Shown here one piece after another: positions 59,412-64,000 of a DNA stretch of 64,000 bases. Location: positions 1 through 64,000 of the forward strand of contig CAXWPJ010000007.1 in assembly GCA_963664115.2 (NCBI GenBank), written 5' to 3'. The notes beneath the pieces were generated by a model, which searched no databases, was not told the origin of the DNA, and saw only the letters and a list, made by a program, of their open reading frames with translations. Position 1 is the stretch's first letter. Each line of letters opens with the position of its first letter. This DNA is from Terriglobia bacterium (GTDB lineage: Bacteria; Acidobacteriota; Terriglobia; 20CM-2-55-15). Position numbers and translations under genes: made by a program.

Positions 59412-60350
59412 GTGCCACCCATCCCGGCCGACACCCCCTTAAGCAACGCACCCGCGTTATCAATCCATGGCACCATCGGGAACTTTGCCTATCGTGGACA
59501 GCGAATATCAAGTCTGCAGCAGATGTCCTCAGAGTCCGTGACGAAGCATTGGGCCGTGCTTAGCGACCGCTTGCATTCCGGCAATGACAGTTGCGACCGA
59601 GTCCCGTTTCTCAAGAAGCGATCTCTAGTGATACAGAACAAATACGACTACAGTGAGGGCCCAAAGATGACGATTACGAGAAATGAGAGCTCATCCGAGC
59701 ATGGTGTGATGATGCGTTTATTGCGACAGCTGCTTTTTTTTGGCCTTCTGTTTGAAGGATTGGGAATGCTTTCCCTGAAAGTTTTGCTTGCCATTGTTGC
59801 AATTTGTTTGGCTATTGTTATGTGCGCTCATTTTGTATGCAATCGCGACGTTAATTCCGCTTGATTCTCCTCTGCCGAGGTAATACCCTAAGCAACCTGT
59901 TCCGGAAACCATCGATACGATTTTCCTCTCTTCCGGTCTCGACAGCGTTCACTGCGACACGAAACGCTGGGTGCGACCCGAGGGGGTCCGTTGCTTCATC
60001 CGGCCCGACAAGTTCCAAGCTGATTTGATGAACTTGCGGTTGTAGGATGGCTGTGTCGATTGACTGCAGTCTTAGCAGCATTCGAGTAGTGCAAGAGTTG
60101 GGGCACGAGTTTTTATCCGTACTTTCTCCCTTCGTAGTACCTCGATCGATGTATCCGGTTTCGTTAGAGCAGTAGGTGCGACGCGGCCAATCGGCGGCGG
60201 AGCGCCCACCGAACCCTTTCGAATGAGTGATGGGGGACGTGATAGGGAACGGTTGAGGCGCAGTCGTTTTGAATAGCCCGTCATGCAGGAAGCTGACGCT
60301 CCCTTCGGCGGACCTCTATCCCGCACGCAGGGACACACCCCATTACTTGT

Positions 60351-61805
60351 TTGACGATGCCGACAGCGACAATTCAAGTTCTGATTCTTGCCAGCGACAA
60401 GCGACTCGAAGAAGTCCTGACTGGAACACTCGCCGGGTGCGGGGTCAAAAGCGTCAGCGCTTCGATTCTTGAGGGTGCCGCGTTGCGCATCCAGGACGAA
60501 TGTCCCGAGTTAATCCTCGCCGACCTCGACTCGACCGGAGCAGACGCCCTGGACTTGATCGCCGATCTGCGACAGTCGGACTTCGCGGGAACCATCATTG
60601 TGCTTGCGGGTAAAAGCTCGATGTTCCGCGCGTGCGAGGCACTGGAAAAAGGCGCCACCGGGTATCTCAGAAAACCCGTCGAGGCTTGGGAGCTCGCCCT
60701 GGCCGTTAAAGAATCGGCAGCCCGCTTTGATCGTTCCCGGGAAAAAACGGCAGAAGACGCCACGGCCCAGATCTATGGGTCCAGTCCCGAGATCCAGACC
60801 GTCTTGAAAATTGTGGACCAGGTTGCGAGTCGGGACGACCACCTGACGTTGTTTGGAGAGGCGGGTTCCGGCAAGCGATTGATCGGCCGGTTGATCCATA
60901 GTTACAGCGAGCGCAAGCAGGCACGTTTCATGAGTCTCGGCTGCTCGGGATTGAGTGAATCGGTAATCGATCGGGAACTGTTCGGTTACCGGGATCCACA
61001 GGGAGAGACTGCGGGCAAGCGACACGCCGGTTGTCTCGAGTTGTGTGAGGGTGGCACCGTGCTGCTCGACGAAGTTGGCAACCTGCCGCGACGGACACAG
61101 GAAAAGTTACTGCGATGCATGACGCGGCGGAGTCTCCACGTGGGCGGGCCGGTTGTCCGAACTTTCAACGTTCGAATTATCGCGACGTCGAGCCAGAATC
61201 TCGAAGAGAGAGTGCGTGCAGGTCGCTTTCACCGGGAGTTCTTCGATCGCTTACAGAGTATCCAGATTCCTGTCCCCGCCCTGCGACAGCACCGATCAGA
61301 CATTCCGATTCTGATCGACCAATATATCCGAAGTGCAGCCCGCATCGAGGGTAAGGTGCTCAATGGGGTGTCACCGGGAGCGTTGGCACGGCTGATGCAG
61401 TATGACTGGCCTGGAAACGTGCGTGAATTGAAGGACATGATCAGACATGCCGTCTCGGGTGCAGAGGGCCCGGTACTCGGTGATCAAGACCTCCCTTCGT
61501 TGCCCGAGCCTGTCGGATCCGGCCCGGATGTCATGGTTATGGGATCAACGATTCAGGAAGTCGAAAAAGAAGCAATTTTAGGTACGCTTGAAGCAGCGGG
61601 CGGATCGACAAGCCGGGCAGCGAAGATTCTTGAAATGAGCGTTCGCAAAATCCAGTACAAACTCAAGGAATACCGTCAGGAAGCGGCTACGGCCGTTCGC
61701 CTGGAAACAGTCCGAAGTGTTCCCCCGGCCCAGGCACCCCTATCAAAGAAGACCCTTCCCCTAAAAAAGACCGTTTTCGTGGCCCATTCAGATCGGCCGG
61801 AGTGA
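60351..61805 (+). CDS. NtrC-like REC-AAA+-Fis regulator lacking GAFTGA
   Basis: GEAGSGK, LLDEV, RIIAT, WPGNVREL, Fis HTH; ELFG is followed by YRDPQGETAG. Confidence 0.88.
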   Translation: MTMPTATIQVLILASDKRLEEVLTGTLAGCGVKSVSASILEGAALRIQDECPELILADLDSTGADALDLIADLRQSDFAGTIIVLAGKSSMFRACEALEKGATGYLRKPVEAWELALAVKESAARFDRSREKTAEDATAQIYGSSPEIQTVLKIVDQVASRDDHLTLFGEAGSGKRLIGRLIHSYSERKQARFMSLGCSGLSESVIDRELFGYRDPQGETAGKRHAGCLELCEGGTVLLDEVGNLPRRTQEKLLRCMTRRSLHVGGPVVRTFNVRIIATSSQNLEERVRAGRFHREFFDRLQSIQIPVPALRQHRSDIPILIDQYIRSAARIEGKVLNGVSPGALARLMQYDWPGNVRELKDMIRHAVSGAEGPVLGDQDLPSLPEPVGSGPDVMVMGSTIQEVEKEAILGTLEAAGGSTSRAAKILEMSVRKIQYKLKEYRQEAATAVRLETVRSVPPAQAPLSKKTLPLKKTVFVAHSDRPE

Positions 61806-61955
61806 GCCGAGCCGCTCGAGGTTCCCCCTGCATCCATTAGTCGCAGTCTGCGTACCTTTGCGGTCGCGAATCGCGAGACCGTCAGGCTCGCCCTCCGCAT
61901 ATGTGCCTGCCGGCATGGCTTTGGGCTAAGGTGGTCGACGTGCTTCGTGAGGGCC

Positions 61956-62219
61956 ATGTCTGCGTTTTCACACGGGACCCTGACCCCTGGGGACAGAACA
62001 AGTCCCCATTGGGTGCGTTGCCTTAGATGCGGTGCCCGCTTCGATGTATTCGGCGCCCCATGGTGCCCCTGTCGGTCCGGGCATAGAACGAAGCGGTGCC
62101 CGCACTGTGGGGAGTGTCTGTGTTCTCGACCGGAATATCAGGACCCGAATTATTGGGTGGATCCACCGGATGCATTCCGGAGGCACGGTTTCAAGGCCTT
62201 GCTGGTGTTTTACATCTGA
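61956..62219 (+). CDS. Small Cys-rich zinc-finger-like protein
   Basis: CxxC, CxC, CxxC and CxC motifs. Confidence 0.55.
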   Translation: MSAFSHGTLTPGDRTSPHWVRCLRCGARFDVFGAPWCPCRSGHRTKRCPHCGECLCSRPEYQDPNYWVDPPDAFRRHGFKALLVFYI

Positions 62220-62241
62220 GGAAGGGTACGACGCCCGGACC

Positions 62242-63150
62242 TTACTCTCGCACTTCGCGCGGCAGCGTTTGCCGCATCACGAATTCGCGCGCAATCGTAT
62301 CGCCCTCAGGTCCTGCAACATGAAATCGGAATCCGGGATTGTCCGCCTCTCCTGTCCGCTCCAGCGGATAGACACCTCGGAGATTTCTAAGCCGGAGTGT
62401 CGTTTCATACTGATGTTCTTCGAGGTTCCAGACGAAGACTCGAATGCCGTCATACGCGATGTCCGATGCGGCATCGGAGCGCCGTTCGGCGACGACATAC
62501 CAATCGATAAGGCCTGCAACAGGATCCTGGACCTGACGGAGTTGCTGAACCGCAACGTAGGTACGGCCCTCCATAAACGGCAGCAGCGGTTCGGGGGCAT
62601 CGAATTCGATCAGCTGGGAATAGACCCAACCGATTTCATTCTCCGATGGACGTACTTTGAACCAAACGTCGGTTGCGGTGCTTTCAGGTCGATCCGTCGT
62701 GCTGCGTTCGAGTACCTGGAGCGCGGTGCGACGGCGCAGCCGTCGGATGATGTCGGTGTCACGGCCGGGAGCGAGCCTTAAATTGACTTCCTCGCTTGCC
62801 TGCGCCGTGTTCTGAATCGGCAGAGTTGAGGCTTCGGAAACACTCATCTGCATCGCTGCCATCGTGCGATCGCGAAGAATCGTGCTCTCATCCATCCAGC
62901 CTTCTAGCTGATCGCGGTCGCGAACGCGGTACCATGTGCCCCGTTTCTCAAGGATTGCGACCCGTTCACCCTCATACAATGTATACATGGTGCGCGATGC
63001 AGAACTGGCGTCGACGCGCAGGGAAGTGTTGTCTCTTAAGACAGTGGCCTCGTCGATCGCAGGTTCCGGCTCAGGCAGGCACCCGGTGATCATGAAGCTG
63101 AGGCTGAGCCAAACAATCAAGATGTGACGCATGCTGCGCATAGAATACAA
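62242..63150 (-). CDS. SH3b-domain lipoprotein
   Basis: Lipobox ITGC; two SH3b repeats (WYRV...GW, VNLR..PG...WFKV...GWV). Confidence 0.82.
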   Translation of the reverse strand: MYSMRSMRHILIVWLSLSFMITGCLPEPEPAIDEATVLRDNTSLRVDASSASRTMYTLYEGERVAILEKRGTWYRVRDRDQLEGWMDESTILRDRTMAAMQMSVSEASTLPIQNTAQASEEVNLRLAPGRDTDIIRRLRRRTALQVLERSTTDRPESTATDVWFKVRPSENEIGWVYSQLIEFDAPEPLLPFMEGRTYVAVQQLRQVQDPVAGLIDWYVVAERRSDAASDIAYDGIRVFVWNLEEHQYETTLRLRNLRGVYPLERTGEADNPGFRFHVAGPEGDTIAREFVMRQTLPREVRE

Positions 63151-63285
63151 GAGGAGCGCCCCTGGCCCACCACAAGAAAGAGGGCGATTGCTGAACTTGG
63201 CCCGGCTTTGGGGAACTTCGCCTAACGGGAATCAAGCGACGCCTCTCGTTTCAAATTATATCTGCGATGGGCTAAAATTGGTCCC

Positions 63286-63552
63286 ATGACTGAAGCCGCA
63301 ACGGATCCGCCGAAGGAATTTGAAGCCGCGCTCGGGCGCCTCGAAGAGATTGTGGGTTCACTGGAAGACGGTGAGCTTGGCCTGGAAAACGCACTGGAGC
63401 TCTTTGAAGAGGGAATCCGCCTGTCACGTTTCTGTCATGGCAAGCTGGAGCAGGCCCAACGCCGTGTTGAACTCCTGCTCAAAGACGCAGCCGGCGATGT
63501 CAAACCTGTCCTGTTTGACGCGGGAGCGGAGTCGCCGCACGAGCACGAGTGA
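63286..63552 (+). CDS. xseB: Exodeoxyribonuclease VII small subunit
   Basis: [25 protein letters not shown]. Confidence 0.95.
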   Translation: MTEAATDPPKEFEAALGRLEEIVGSLEDGELGLENALELFEEGIRLSRFCHGKLEQAQRRVELLLKDAAGDVKPVLFDAGAESPHEHE

Positions 63553-64000
63553 AGACTGCCAACGTCACATCTTTCTTCGAACAGACAGTGCCTGCGGTGG
63601 AAGAGACTCTGTTTCACATACTTCCTGCGGAAACCCGAGTTCCAACACAGCTTCACCTCGCGATGCGCTATAGCGTGTTTGCGGGTGGGAAGAGACTGCG
63701 TCCAGCACTCTGCGTTGCCGGCTATTCCGCCTTTCGTTCCGACTGGGAAAACGTTCTTCCCATTGCGGCATCGCTTGAATTAGTGCACACCTATTCCCTG
63801 ATTCACGATGACTTACCGTCCATGGATGATGACGATTTCCGCCGCGGGATGCCTTCCTGTCACCGGAAATTCGGCGAGGCGATCGCAATATTGGCCGGGG
63901 ACGCATTGCTCACGCTCGCCTTCGAAACAATCGCGCGTTCGGAGCGATTTTCTCCGGAGAAGATTCTTGCTGCCTGCGCCATGGTCGCTCAAGCGGCCGG
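63549..64000 (+). CDS. ispA: Farnesyl diphosphate synthase, partial (runs off the window)
   Basis: Manual translation from GTG 63549: [34 protein letters not shown]. Confidence 0.93.
   Translation, partial: MKTANVTSFFEQTVPAVEETLFHILPAETRVPTQLHLAMRYSVFAGGKRLRPALCVAGYSAFRSDWENVLPIAASLELVHTYSLIHDDLPSMDDDDFRRGMPSCHRKFGEAIAILAGDALLTLAFETIARSERFSPEKILAACAMVAQAA

Noticed and set aside
59343-59864. 173-aa ORF
   Set aside because: Its 5' part runs through a terminator; at most a short hydrophobic peptide from about 59668 is plausible and it is unsupported

Overview
Bacterial chromosomal window, moderately GC-rich. The gene set (mqnD, nrdJ, mod, etf) is compatible with an Acidobacteriota-like organism, but that is an impression only. 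It has four parts. (1) 1-21.3 kb is an IS-riddled, decaying accessory region: a bi-domain polysaccharide-cluster oxidoreductase broken by IS3 and IS1380 elements and joined by a deletion to a type I RM remnant, an IS-split AAA/TOPRIM nuclease, and a satellite-like integrative element ending at tRNA-Lys(TTT). That element carries a tyrosine integrase, HTH regulators, a replication ATPase and a strongly structured RNA leader. (2) 21.4-42.8 kb is mostly housekeeping: purA, trxA, a KAS/methyltransferase/FAD-oxidoreductase/GT cluster, panBC, mqnD, nrdJ, a TPR plus IrrE-peptidase pair, modABC with its regulator, arfB and udk. (3) 42.8-55.5 kb is an integrase-less island bracketed by tRNA-Arg(ACG) and a 39/42-bp copy of its 3' half. 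It carries a PspA/YbjN/J-domain/K+ channel/DUF350/DUF4178 module coupled to SpeD, a 7-TM aminopropyltransferase, a Tat-lipoprotein flavin oxidase and a Gly-rich GK-tailed membrane protein. This is the best candidate for a poorly described system, possibly extracytoplasmic aminopropylation tied to envelope stress or defence. (4) 55.5-64 kb holds core genes: etfBA, regulators, xseB and a partial ispA. All calls come from reading motifs by eye; no database searches were run.
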